Below are positions 39,332 through 52,150 of a DNA stretch of 64,000 nt, piece by piece (position 1 is the first letter of the stretch; the number at the start of each line of letters is the position of its first letter). The DNA comes from Lytechinus pictus (taxonomy: Eukaryota): the NCBI RefSeq assembly GCF_037042905.1, contig NC_087262.1:24986001-25050000 (forward strand), given 5' to 3'. Under the pieces are notes generated by a model. The model was not told the DNA's origin and made no database searches. It worked only from the letters and a program-made list of their open reading frames with translations. The position numbers and the translations under genes are program-made.

Positions 39332-39862
39332 AGCCGCATTCACACGGTGAAAGCCAATTCAGACGGTAAAAAAAAGAAAATCTTACAAGTATTTTGTGGT
39401 TATCTTGTGGTTTGGAAACCACAAGATAACCACAAGATTAATCGCGCATATTTTGCAGTGCGCGCAATCTCGTGGTGTGGAAACGAAAAGATAACCACGA
39501 GTTTTGCGTGTTCAAATGGGGCAAACCACAAGAAAACCACAAGATACCTCTAAGATTCACAAATGGCCACAGAGGCTGTTTTCATTCATAACCACATACC
39601 CATATCATGACAACAAAGACTATACCTGCGTGTACACAGTTGACATTGGTTTTTTTTTCTGAAGAGGTGTAACAGCAAAATTCACAGAGATAAATAAATA
39701 CGTAGTGTGGTTCAATATGCAATACTATGTGTCAGTCCATTCTGTATTCGTATACCACGGTGTGTAGATCTTGTCGATGTACAGGTCCATTCAAGGCGTA
39801 GTATGTGTGTTATGCGCGCACCCGTACTATGTGTGAGGGTGTGTGTGTGTGTGTGTGTGTGT

Positions 39863-41105
39863 TAAATTAAATCAAAAACAATTTATAACTTGTTTATAAC
39901 TAAGCTACAAGAGCTATACAAGTTAACACTTAAGGATGGTCACAGTGATTTTGATTTTACTGATGTAGAAATTTGTAAATTATTTGAATATATCAGGAGT
40001 ACAACTCTTATAAGAAAACAAAGGGAATTTCAGTTTATGCTTTTACATGGAGCAATATATACAAAAGAGCATTTGATGAGATTTGGTTTCGTGGGAGATA
40101 ATTATTGTTCGTTTGGTTGTACAAAAACTGAATCGTACTTTCATATACTCATGGATTGCATAAAAGTTAAACCTCTTTGGCAATTTTGTATTGATCATTT
40201 TTGTTTAGCTGAATTAAGAACTTTGAATTGGAGGGAAATATTCTTAGGGTTACCTGGAAATTCTTGTAGAATTAAATGTGTCAATTCTGTTATTCTTTTT
40301 ATTAAATATGCAATTTTTAAATCCAGAGCTGAAGGCCGGGTACCGTCATTTATTAAAATACACAAATATATAACGGGTTGTATAGAAGAAGAAAGACGCC
40401 TGGCAACGAAGTCAGGCAAGTTAAGTTTACATTTGCAGAAATGGGATGAACTGAAGGTGAAAAGGGATTTGAATGTGAACAGGTGGGATGTGTCTAGTGT
40501 GGTGCGAGTGTGAATCCTGGTGTGTATGTTGATGTTTTTTTCTTTCTTTTTACTAGTTCTTTTCAATTTCCCCTTCTCTTGTATCAATATGATTTGCAGG
40601 GTTTTTTTTTCTTTCTGTATCCTATTGCGCCAAAATGTTAAACGTTCATTATGCAGATTTGTATATATTATGTTTGTTTACGTATGCGTGGTATGTGCAT
40701 GTGTGTATGGGTGTTAAGGTGGGTGTGTGTATGTGTGTATAATTATGTAAAGTTATGTTGAAGCCTGATTTAAAATGGGATGCAATGATAATACATTTAG
40801 GTTGATTTCTGTTTTCCTGCAAATCATTTATATAGCCATTTAACATTAATTATTATTGAAATACATAGAGGGTTGGGGACTCGGTTGAGTTATTTTTTTC
40901 AGATATAAAAGTATAATTTTAAGGAGTTTCATTCCGTCCTTATTTGCTTCAGTTCTTGTTAAATATATATGTACTTTTTTGCATATCCTTGTTGATATGA
41001 AATGAAGATTTGTATTTTGTTTTGTATTTATCTGCAGTTTATGTAATTCATTTGAATGAAATCCTTAATAAAAACATATTGAAAAAAAAAAAAAAAAAAA
41101 AAAAA
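39863..41105 (+). mobile_element. 5'-truncated L1/Tx1-clade LINE (ORF2 C-terminus, 3' UTR, poly-A)
   Basis: ORF 39890-40513 carries the ORF2 C-terminal zinc-binding motif (FQFMLLHGAIYT...CSFGC..TESYFHILMDC..V..LW). AATAAA is at 41067 and A24 at 41082-41105. (GT)n flanks both sides. Confidence 0.88.
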
Positions 41106-42107
41106 GTGTGTGTGAGTATGTGTGTGTGTGCGTGCGCGCTTGTGTGTGTTATTTTACCTCATTAAGTATGCATCAGATTGCACGATTTCAAGTTCAAAAT
41201 TGCAAAAGCTCCCTACCGTGGGAGGGGGGACACCCCCCTCCCACACCCTCCCCCCGCTCGGTCGCTTCGCGCCCTCACTAGCGTTGGCAGCCCAGTCATC
41301 CCCCCCAGGTGTACGAACCTGTCTACGCCACTGATGTGGATAAAAAACCAGCAAACAGGTTGAACTTGAAGAAACAAATGTTTTAAAAGTAAAAACTCAC
41401 AGACCCAATTTGACAAAAGTGGTTTTGAACCCATACACAGGCCCTAATCCTTCATTCAGCAAGTATAGATACTGTCAATGCAGGCTTTTGTATCAGCATG
41501 CCTGTTACTTCATAAACGAGCCAGCTGTAAATGGGATCATTAATTATGTGTGTATCGTGGCAACAATCATAAACTGAATACTTTGGCAAAAATTGTGACA
41601 TTTCTACATAACTAATTCGTGAAGCCTCGACAAGAGGCTACACTGTTAATTGCACTAAAAAAACAATAAAGGAAGGATGAAATGATAACGGGATGGGGGG
41701 GGGGGTTACTCTGAAATTCCTAATCAGTAGGCCCCCACACAATAGCAGGAAAAGTGATCAGAAACCCTGCACAATGACCGTTGAACTTGATCTAAATCCC
41801 ACAACAGGAAACCTAAAACCCAGACTATGAAGAATTTGATGTGTCTCGACATTTCCCCTGAGTGTGATTTTTCATGTTTTGATGGAAAATCATTTCAAAA
41901 CTAATTGTATTGCCTCCATAGTATAGTAGTTTTAGCAAGTTTACATATTTTTTTAAAATAGTTCAACCCAAATAAATTTTCTCATTACATCTGCTTATTG
42001 AATAAGGAATACACAGAATCTGCCCATATTCTCAACATAAAAGTTTGTATATAGGCCTAGGCTATAGCCTAATAGGCTAGGCCTCTATACATGTACATGT
42101 ATAGAGG

Positions 42108-42560
42108 GAGGCAGTGTAGCTCAGTCGGTTAGAGCGCCTGTTCTGGATAAGATCGTAGATCTCAACGTGCGTGGGTTCGAGTCCCGCAGCATGCCGGAAG
42201 ACGTCTAACAAAAAAAAAAATGATGCTAGCGTTGTGTGTTAGTGTGCCTCACCGCTGTGTTCAGTGCGGGTGTGAATGCAGTTGGAAAACACTCCGTCCA
42301 TCGGAAAGGACGCAAATGTTGGTCCCGTGTATAGGAGAGTCACAACCTATGCACGTTAAAACCAATACACTAACCGTCAAAGAGTAGGGTGTTCACCTAG
42401 TGTATTGCACCTGCTAGTCCCCAGTACTACAATACTGCAAGAATCTTCAGGATTGAAGGAGGCAATCAGTGTAGCTTGAAGAAGAACCATGCACATGCAC
42501 TGTATTTTGAACAAATTTTAGTGGATCATTGACAAAATTGGTGAAAATAAAAATGATATA
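42108..42560 (+). mobile_element. tRNA-derived SINE with a Nin/Deu-like central domain
   Basis: Pol III A box tagctcagtcgg (~42117) and B box ggttcgagtcc (~42174). The downstream ggtcccgtgt...tgcacgttaaa...aagagtaggg block resembles the Nin domain. The 3' end is approximate. Confidence 0.75.
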
Positions 42561-42721
42561 ATGATAAGACCTGGATTTGACCTTTGACATCCCTGATTAA
42601 ACAGCCAACCATAAATGGCAAAGTGTAGAGTGGGACGAAACCAAATTATCATAACAGGATGTTATTCTTTCCCTTGTGTAAGTTCACAAATTCTAATCAG
42701 CATGGCAGGAAATTGTCTTAA

Positions 42722-43301
42722 AAGTCAAGTCCACCCCAGATAATTGTTGAATTGAATCGACAAACATAACGCTTAACATTTCATCAAAATCGGAAGTAAA
42801 ATAAAAAAGTAATGACTTCGCTTATATTTCACAAAACAGCCAAACGCACAACTCATTGATATGCAAATGAGAGAGTCGATGATGCCCCTCACTCACTCAC
42901 TATTTCTTTTGTTTTTTATTGTTTGAAAACTTTGAATTATACAATATTTCAAATTTTACAGATTTGACAATAAGGAGCAACTTGATGTAACCATGAATTA
43001 TTAAAATAATGGTAATTCCACATGTTCAGGGAGGAATAAAATTTTGTTTCACATGACAATAAGGAGAAAATAAGAATATTTCATACAATAAAATACAAAA
43101 GAAATAGTGAGTGGGTGATGTCATCAGTCTGCTCATTTGCATACTGACCAGGATGTGCATAACTGTTTTTGTGAAATAAAGCAAAACTTTGAAATGTCAT
43201 AACTTTCTTTACATCCGATTTTGATGACATTTTCAGGGTTATGCTTATTTGATATTTCTCCTTTTATTCAAATCAACTTTTTGTTAGGGTAGACTTGTCC
43301 T
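42722..43301. mobile_element. TTAA-flanked Kolobok-like MITE; a second TTAA element (43306-~43716) shares the TTAA
   Basis: ttaa|aagtcaagtccaccc at the left and gggtagacttgtcct|ttaa at the right. The adjacent element resembles 26755-26910. Confidence 0.7.
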
Positions 43302-44859
43302 TTAAAGGTAGTTAGTTGCGGTAAACACTAATATCATGAGAAAGTCTGTAAAATAAAGTACATCATCATACATCATACTACACCATTCTACATCTCTATC
43401 TGCTAGTTACATACTCTAACTGCACTTTGTGAAATCATGAAATCTAAACCTGAAAAACAATCACACTGAATATCGCCAACAAAGATTAAGCACATGTGGG
43501 AAGTGTATTATTATTGCTTGGAAATAGACCCAACAATTTTGCCAGAATATTGCGCTTATTTTGTTAATTTCCCAGCAATTACACAACAGATTCCTTCGGC
43601 ACAAAGTTTTTATTCATACATACAGCATGGAGCTTAAATACAGACACTTGGGTAGTCATTTTATTGGATTCTGTACGAACTCACTTTTAAATCATCACCA
43701 CAACTGGGATTTACCTTAAACTCATGTACCAAATACACAGTAGGGCCTATTTATGTACAGTGTATGTACCAGGTATATGCTTTCCTTTCATGTTACCAAA
43801 CAAAATATACATTTCCATACTAACACAATGATCTTTAAGCATTAGACTGGAAAGGAACTACATTTAGCCTAGTAAAAAAAAGAAAAAAAAGAGTAGAAAT
43901 AAATAAAAAGAGAAAAGGAAATATTGCCATAATTGAAGAGTGGACAGTATCTGTGGAATCATCCTGAAAAAGAGCTTCCTATGAGGATTCAAGGGCAGGC
44001 TAGCTACTAGGGCACTCTAAAGGTGGTGCTGCACCAGCCAGAGTTTGCTCAATCTCCAGATTTTAGCCCCATCGGCCCTCTTTGCAATTAATCTCGAGAT
44101 TCAAGAAACCCCGTCTCCACAATCACAAGAAGAGCGATTCCTGCTTGAGCGAGGCATCGATGCATGATGGTCTGACGCCGTGAATAATCTCGAGATTGTT
44201 CAGATCGGGATAATTTGCCGGATCAGAAATAGGATTTTGTGCAGATGTTCCAGATTTGCCAATAACAATTCAATTAGGACATCATTGTTTGAAAATTATG
44301 ATAATTTTAAAGTTGAGATAAATGCAATGGAGAACCTTGAACATCCTCCTATTAATGTGGCAAGATGTGTGATGTCACACAGTAAGTACAAACATGTAGG
44401 TCACTCAATTCCGCTCTTTTATTCAATCTAGAGACGTGTCGTTAAAGTACAAAACCAAAGAAACTTTCAACTATGCACAAATCATATTTCATGTTACACT
44501 AATCATACAGCACATCACCATGCCAGAAATATCAAGTGTTTTCTCCGAAATGTCTGCTAACATTTTTCTTGGTTGTAATGAAATGATGAATCCATTCTCA
44601 TGGGCTTTGGGAAAAATAGATTAGTCATTAGAACAGTACAATGAACTACTAAATGTTGTCTGGCTAATGAATCTCACATTATACGTAAAATGTGTTTCTT
44701 ATTCTAGTCTCTTGGCACAGACCCTGAAAAACTTTGATCAACAAGTTGATCTTGAAACAAGACTAGCACAAATACAACTGGGCATTATGGCATGCGCCTA
44801 TAATCCAAGCTACATAGGGAAGTTATGTAAATTGATGGAGAGTTTTAGGTTAGAGTCTA

Positions 44860-45672
44860 GGGGTGCGTTTATCCGCCACTTTTTTACCCTAGAATCATGA
44901 TCTGAATCATGATTCAAATCACGATTCTGCAGAATCACGATTGCGTTTTATAGTCGAAATTGAATATAATCATGATTAGAATCACAAACATGAAACACGA
45001 AAAAAGGGGCGTTTGGAAAGACGTTTCTGCAGAATCACGTACGAAAATGTTAGAATAAACGATATCGTGATTACAATCATGATTCTATGACCTCACTGTT
45101 GTGTCGGGCTATTTTCGGTTTGACTCTTGCCAAGCTCAAGGCGCTCTATATGTTCATCGTATGTACATGATTATGTACTACGCATGCATTTTTTATCATG
45201 TTCAAGTTCTGTGTTGGTCATCGCATCGTCCACTACTTTTCATTTTTTGGTCATGTCTTCAACTTCAAGTTCTAGTAAATGAATTATCTGGACAGACAAT
45301 GATCTCAGTTGTTGTTGAGTATACAGTATCAATATTAAATTGGATCTACGCTGAAATTCACTTCCGAACACCATTTTGGATAAATTAACAAGATGAATAG
45401 AAGCATATAGAAGTAAACAAAATGAGGTATAGACTGAATTCTGGAAGCAAAAGATTTTTCGAGAGCCGAAACAGGTGCGAAAAACTTCCTCTGTCAAACT
45501 GCGCACTAGTGATGCGCACTGGATTGGCCCGAATCTGAGGAGAAACGGCATTGGAATGAAGGTCGTCTAAACGCTGATTCTGTGATATTGTGATTCATGT
45601 TTGAGTTTTGAATCATGATTCAAATCATAATTCAAATCATGATTCTGGCTTGAGGTCGCATAAACGCAGCCC
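44860..45672. mobile_element. Harbinger-like MITE
   Basis: TIR ggg.tgcgtttat / ataaacgcagccc, with subterminal aatcatgatt repeats at both ends. Confidence 0.72.
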
Positions 45673-45821
45673 AGATCACCTTGGCCACGTCCTCTGGATG
45701 CAGATAAAAGGTCGGTCCCATATGTAAATAATCATATCTGACTGGTACAAATCACACATTCACACACTCCCCAATACATGTACATAAAAGGAAACTGTCT
45801 CCAGGGGAAAGATTGACTTAA

Positions 45822-46066
45822 AGGAGAATGAAACCTTTGGAACAAGATAGCTTGTGTAAAAACAGAAAAATCAAAGAAACAGATCAATGGAAGTTTGGGG
45901 AAAATCGATCAAATAATGAGAAAGTTATGAGCATTGCCGATGGGAGGATCTCCATAGCATTAGTGATTGCAATATTCAAATGCTCATAACTTTCTCATTA
46001 TTTGTCCGACTTTTCTCAAACTTTCTTTGTTCTTATTCTTAGATGTTCCAAAGGTTTCATTCTCCT
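45822..46066. mobile_element. Palindromic TTAA-flanked MITE (Kolobok-like)
   Basis: ttaa|aggagaatgaaacctttggaaca at the left and tgttccaaaggtttcattctcct|ttaa at the right. Confidence 0.85.
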
Positions 46067-46289
46067 TTAACAAATGTTGATGGAAGATGGATCCACATAT
46101 TTCCATCAGTGGGACACTCTGGTACTGGTGTAGAAGGGAGGCTCTTCTTGCTTTGACTGTTTCTCATTCAGTCAATACAAATCAATCTCTTACAAAGAAA
46201 ACCTGGTTTCTGTTGGTTAGATCACCTGTTTTCAACAAGATTGTATGACCTCAACTAATGTTGGGAGCTCAGAAAGTTGGAGGGTATTA

Positions 46290-47885
46290 GAGGCCGTTCT
46301 CATTACGCTTTCTAAAACTAGTTTACTGGAAACCGATTCAGGAAACCACTTTGGAAGATCGCTTTGCTAGCATTCCCACTTGATCACACGAAAGTGGTTT
46401 TCAAAATCACTTCACGTAAAGCGCTCTTGTTGCTATGGAAACGCTCTCAGTGGGGTGACACGTTTCGCGCGAAATTTGAAACCGCAGCATAGGCATTCTA
46501 CACCTGTCGTGTGGAGTAGCGCGCTCAAAATGTGCGAAGATCGCTTCCCGAAGAACGGTTGTGTCCTCACTTACGCTAAAACCAGTTTAACGAGGCAAAG
46601 CGATCTTGAAAACTACATCGCGAGGTGGTTTTCCAAACTGGTTTGGAAGATCGCTTCCAAGACCGCTTCGACCGTTCTCACTACGCGTTAAACCAGAGCT
46701 TCCAAGTCTCCCGGATCCTGCGGGAGAATACTAGATCTCGATCCAATCTCCCGTTCTCCCGACCCCATGCCAAAATCTCCCGGATAATTGTGATTTTAGC
46801 TGTTAAATTGTAAAATTCATACAAACGACTGTTTTACGAGTCTAGCATGTTCAACTCCCTTTACACCCACGTAGAAACTCCTTATCACATTTTCATTTTA
46901 CCCAGTTACTTTTACCAGTTTTTGTATAATCGTACATTGATTTCCAATGTAAATGAAGATAATTTTACCGAACGACTGGTGAATTAGTCTAACAAGCAAT
47001 TTTTTTTTTCTGGTTCTGCAATGTGCATGTGCGTGATGGAAACACTTTAGCGGCACTCCATGCCTATGCCCCCCGACGCGGCACTGCCTGGTCTCCGGCA
47101 GACTGCGCCGCGGCAGGAGGCTATGCGAGAGGGGAAGTCCGATGTATTTTTCGGAAGCTTGTGTGCGCTTTATTCGAGCTGAAACTGTGGATCAACGATG
47201 GGTTACTATTATAATTACACCCTGACTTTTAGGAAGAATTTTATTGACAATCCTGAAGAACAGAAGCAAAGTGGAGATTTTTTTTGCCTACTTTTACTTG
47301 GGTTGATCGGATTCGAACATTTTCTCTTTCGTGAGTGAGCTAGCCTGGCGCTGGCTGGCTGTGCGTGCTTGCTACAAAAAGGCAATTTTCACAGGAATCC
47401 CTCGGCCCTCAGACTTTAAACAGGCCACATATAAGTCTTTACAGGGCCAGGCAAGCTCATCTTCCACTACTGCAGCCCTTTCCCCCTCTGGACAATAAAG
47501 GTATTTTCTTGTTGAATGCATTCTTTTGTGAATCATTTTATGTTCTACTGTATTGCCTGAAATCAGGCTTGAACTTATTTTTTTAGTCAATGACAGACAA
47601 TTCATCATTTCATGAAATCTCTCTAATGTGCATTTAATCTATGTGCCAAAAGTTTTGATGGTTTAGACAGCTGTCGGATACTATCAAATGTTGTTTCTTA
47701 ATGAGTTTTGCTACCCAAAACTCCCGTCCGTGGGACATTTCGCCGCGCGCTCCCTCACAAAATCATACCTCCGCGAAATCTTCTGGATTCTATCATCCCA
47801 ATGTTGGCAGCTCTGGTTAAACTAGTTTCCACTAAACTAGTTTCCAGTAAACTAGTTTTAGGAACGTAGTGAGAAGAACAGCCTC
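46290..47885. mobile_element. MITE family D copy (TTA TSD, Harbinger-like) split by a hAT insertion
   Basis: TTA|gaggccgttctca at the left and gcctc|TTA at the right. It is the reverse complement of 35524-35971 once 46694-47822 is removed. Confidence 0.82.
46694..47815 (+). mobile_element. Non-autonomous deletion derivative of the hAT at 2424-6873
   Basis: Same TIRs. The left part matches 2424-~3110 and the right part matches ~6471-6873. It is flanked by GTTAAAC (46687-46693, 47816-47822). Confidence 0.93.
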
Positions 47886-47978
47886 TTAGTTTCCTTAATA
47901 TATTGCTGGGTGCGAAAATGCACTGGCACTAGAATACACTGAGCAAGGCCAGGCTTCGATGTATCGCTAGAGCTAGCT

Positions 47979-48567
47979 CCCGGGGGGGGGGGGGGGCCAC
48001 TTCCATCGACGAGTGGATACCATGCGCCACTATGGGGTCTCGAAAAGCACCCTAAACACATATTTTCCATATTCTGAAAATGCACCCCTAAACAAGTATT
48101 GGCGTGTGAAACCCTACCCAACAAGTTTTGGAAACAAAACGATACTCTTGGCAAGTGTTCCCTGAAATGAACCCCTAAACAAGTACAGCGATATTTTATT
48201 GTTATGTCACGGGCCCGTCGGTCGTCGGTTTTACCTTTACGCATCATTAATTTTGGTTTAGTATACGGCCCCACCTTCCACACCTCGCGAAAATCGGACT
48301 CTAAACACGTAGTGTTGGGGCAAAAAGGACATCCTTTAAAAAACATTTCGGAAAACATTTTAATTTTGTTTTATCATCCCCGCAAATTTGACCCTAAACA
48401 CGTAGCTTTCCTAGCGAAATAGATACCGTTTTTTCATTATTTTGTGTTTTTGACACCCTTATCACGTTACGTATGTAACGTGCCCTATCTTGAAAAAGAC
48501 ATCCTTTTTACGTGTTTTTTTGGTCGCGCATGGTATCCACTCGTCAATGTAAGTGGCCCCCCCCGGG
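47979..48567. mobile_element. MITE family B copy
   Basis: CCCGGGG...CCCCGGG ends. TSD AGCTAGCT at 47971-47978 and 48568-48575. Confidence 0.87.
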
Positions 48568-50012
48568 AGCTAGCTGCATAGCTGTTGTGCTGTTGCTCCA
48601 AGATCCGTGCCGATCCAAGACCAGAAAATGAGTTTTGCTTAACCTCCCGGTCCAGGTTAAAGCAGGGTTTACATTAAAGCGACCTTTCATTGACAAATCA
48701 TGGGGAAATCAAGGCTAATCTCAGAACAGACTAGGGATTCAAGTCTTTCACTCGGCTGCATGCCTGGGGGTGTTATCTAATAGACGCCAGCATGTCTGGG
48801 AGATCTATAGGAGAGTAATAGTTAGTAGACTAACCAACCAGAAGTAAACTGCATGTTTTCACTTTGAAACATGTAACTTCAGAGGTTATCTATTTTGGTT
48901 TAGCAAGAGACCTACTATGAGTCTAGGAATTGGGATTGTTGGAAATTGGAACTACGATGATCCGAAGTAAATAACCATCACAAGTTCGGTCAAATTTGTG
49001 CTGTCCGAACTTTTATCGCATTAGTCCGACGGGCGCTCATGACGGACGGATTATATTATGCAAGTCAATTGGCCTTTTGCAAATTTCGTATTGATTCAAT
49101 TTCCCCATGATTTGTCAGTGGCTGGGCCCTTTAAGAGCCCAGGCTGTGTTAATCTCAATGTGCGAAGTTTCAAGTCCCGCTCATGTCCAAACATGTCTAA
49201 CAAAAACAATGATGCTAGTGTTGTTTGTTAGCATGCCTCACTTCATGTGTCGAGCTCCTGGGCTCCACCACTTTGAGGCACAGTGGAGCCCTCTGCCATT
49301 CCTGCTCTTGGGTGAGTCTCGCGCGTACGTGTTCTCTCAACAACCATGACAACATCAATTCAACAATCTCTACCAAAACGCTCTTAGCACTGGACATCAA
49401 ACCAACTAGATGCCAACATCAATCTTTCTTCTTCTTCCATGGCAAAAAAATGTAATCACATAATTATTCTTTATCATTTGTACGGCACAACATTTTAAAA
49501 TTGTTTTTTAGTGTTGAGTACTGAATTCACTAAGTTCTAACCATTCAGATTTGCAAGGAGACATTTACAGACGGTTGGTTACTCCCACGACTGTTGACCA
49601 CTCACATCACAAGGGCATCTGAGCTCACTTATCAAGGTTATTATAAAACCTTGTCCTCAGTTAGAACCCACTGTGGGATGAAATAAGTTTGGCACTTTTT
49701 GCTTATTTTCTTGTTCTTGAGGATAAATGCTTGATAATTTGTCTGTAATTTACAGTTATTCATCATATTACATATATTAGTAAACTGAATTCTTTTAGAA
49801 ATCTTATTATTTTTTTCTAAATTAAAAAAAAGAGATTATTTGGTTCCATTTAAAAGAGTTTTTGAGCACTGTGACTGGTGAATTATCTCCATTATTTCCA
49901 ACTTGGAAGTTAGAGTTTAAAACAGACAACACACATTAAAAAAGTCTTTGAAACATCATTCACATTTCCAAAAATATGCGGTTCCATTCACGTACATGTA
50001 TTTATTTGGAAT

Positions 50013-50962
50013 CCGGGACAGCCCGACCAGCTGCCCTGGACAACTCGACTGGGTAGAGTTGTCCAATGTCCAGGGTTGGCTCCTGTTCAAAAAATTCTTC
50101 TTCAAAATTTCATGAAATGAGTTTTCCACCTTTGCTTCAAAAGCATTTTTCTGCATAATCTATGTTTCTACAATACATTCTTGACAAAACATTTGAAATT
50201 TCTGATGCTTTTTTAGCCCTTTTAAAAGAGAATAAAACAAGTTCTCTTGAGAATATCTTGATAATCCGGTACCGCCGGCGAGCTCAGTGTTCAAGGTCTA
50301 CATATTTGAGTTGATTTTTCTGTTTCTTGACATATTTCAGTGGTGAGGGTAACTGGAGGGTATGCTATTTTATATTTTCATATTCCATTTTCACATTTCC
50401 TCTACTTATTTACAGTTATTGCATTTCACAAAGCTGATATTTAACACAAACTTGTTGAGATAGTTAACCTTCAAAGGACAGTGAAGCAGTGCACTGAGTG
50501 TGGAACTCTCGACTGCGAGGTCAAACTTACTAATTTTAGTAAATTTTTCCACCTCTCGACATAATCAATGGCAAGGGTGTGCTAATTTATATTTCCAGAC
50601 AAACTATCTCCATAAGTATGTCAGCCACTTTGTGACATGCAATAACTTTAAAATAAGTAGAGGAAATGTGAAGAAGGAATATGAAAATACAAAATTTAGC
50701 TCATATGTCAAGAGACGGAAAAATAAACTCAAATAATTATGTAGACCTTGAACCCTGAACACTGGACGGAGCTTGCCGGCGGTATCATATTATCAAGATA
50801 TTTGAAATAAACTTTCCGTCAAGTATAAACATATATATGCAGAAAAATACTTTTGAAGCAAAGTTGGAAAATTTATTTCATGAACAAGAAGAATTCAAGT
50901 GGTCAAAATGTCCGAACCGGAGCCAACCCTGGACAACTTGACCTGGTCGGACTGTCCGGGCC
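50013..50962. mobile_element. Old foldback/palindromic element (~950 bp)
   Basis: Paired arms include tgtccagggttggctcc / ggagccaaccctggaca, ctttgcttcaaaag / cttttgaagcaaag, taccgccggcgagctc / gagcttgccggcggta and cacatttcctctacttattt / aaataagtagaggaaatgtg. Confidence 0.8.
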
Positions 50963-50999
50963 CCGATGATTTGTTTTCAAAAGTCAAAATTGCTTGGTT

Positions 51000-52150
51000 C
51001 AATTAGATCTAGTCTAGACTCTAGATCTAATTGAACCAGTCAGATATAGATCTATAGCCTCGCTTTGCTTCAACATAATTTTTATATGGACTGAAATTAG
51101 CAACCAAATCATGCAAACATGCGGCAAATCTTTTGGTTGGTAACTTCAGTCCATTCAAAATTACCGGGAAGCCAAGCATTCAATTATTGCAAGGTTAGTA
51201 TGCTATACTAACCTCGCACCATGAACGTGATTACACAATGTATTTTGGAGTTGTCGATAAACATCGCTTCATAACAGGCACAACGTTTGCCGAAACTCGT
51301 TCCACTACTCACTGGGGCTCTTTCCGGTGAGTATCTTTCAGTTTTTAATTTTTTTACAATTATTTTTGTTATATATAAAAAGCACATTAAAAATAGCAAA
51401 ATCGCTTACCTCGGCCAGGAAAGGTGCTTCGCATATCACTTCGACGGACATAAAAGAAAGCTTGATGGTGGCGCTAATACTATTCACAACCTTAATTCAG
51501 CTTGTCAGTATTTTATAACTACATGTATGTCTAAATTCATTAAATGTGCAATTCTTATGATTATTTGATAAAATATACACAGCAATAAATGCAATAATTT
51601 AAAAAACGTACTTTTAGATAATTATTGCCGACGATAACACTTTTCGGAAAACATTTGAAGCAATGAAACAAAAAATAGAACAAAGCCAGCACTGGGAGCC
51701 TTTGTTCGTGTGTCAATAAATGTTTTTATCAAAGTCTATACAATAAAAAGATTGGACACTTTGCCGACTTTGCGTAACGCTTTGCATCGATTTACGTGTA
51801 AAATAATTTAAGTGTCTAGTCTTTCCCTTGTAGTGTCTTTGATATGAATATAAATTGCGCACCCTCTTCAGGCTAAAAATTCCTGGCACAAGGGTGCTAC
51901 ATGTAGTCACCGACGTCAAGATCAATCAAGATAAAAATATATTACAGAATGCTCAGAAGCTCATGGACATGCCGGAAGGAACTATATATTGTTTGGTAAG
52001 TATTATAGCACAATTTAAACATATTTTTTTTCTTTTGCCAAATCCGAAAATTGCGCAAAATCCCATGGCCCATGGTGTGCCTCCCACCTTCCTCGCACGA
52101 AGCAAAGTGACGTCTGTCTGACTCACTCACTCACGTCACCATGCTCACTG
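51000..52150 (-). promoter_or_regulatory. Candidate promoter/first non-coding exon region, possibly of CSGALNACT
   Basis: CpG is retained in non-repeat sequence here. Minus-strand donors are GAG|gttagt (~51212) and GAG|gtaagc (~51410). CRE-like TGACGTC and AP-1 TGACTCA motifs cluster at 52108-52140. Inference only. Confidence 0.3.

Larger units (their letters stand above)
39087..41333. mobile_element. Non-autonomous TIR element with 8-bp TSD, containing nested insertions
   Basis: TIR caggggcgtagaca / tgtctacgccactg. TSD ATGTGGAT at 39079-39086 and 41334-41341. It contains an (AAT)n tract, a MITE fragment and a LINE. Confidence 0.85.

Noticed and set aside
39064-39553. Poly-Ile/Asn ORFs
   Set aside because: They are translations of an (AAT)n microsatellite inside a non-autonomous element.
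42108-42195. Possible tRNA gene
   Set aside because: A and B boxes are present, but there is no clean acceptor or anticodon stem and the sequence continues into a SINE body.
35678-46691. Similar short ORFs MITRKWF... at 35678-35884 and 46380-46691
   Set aside because: Both lie in copies of the same non-coding MITE family D.
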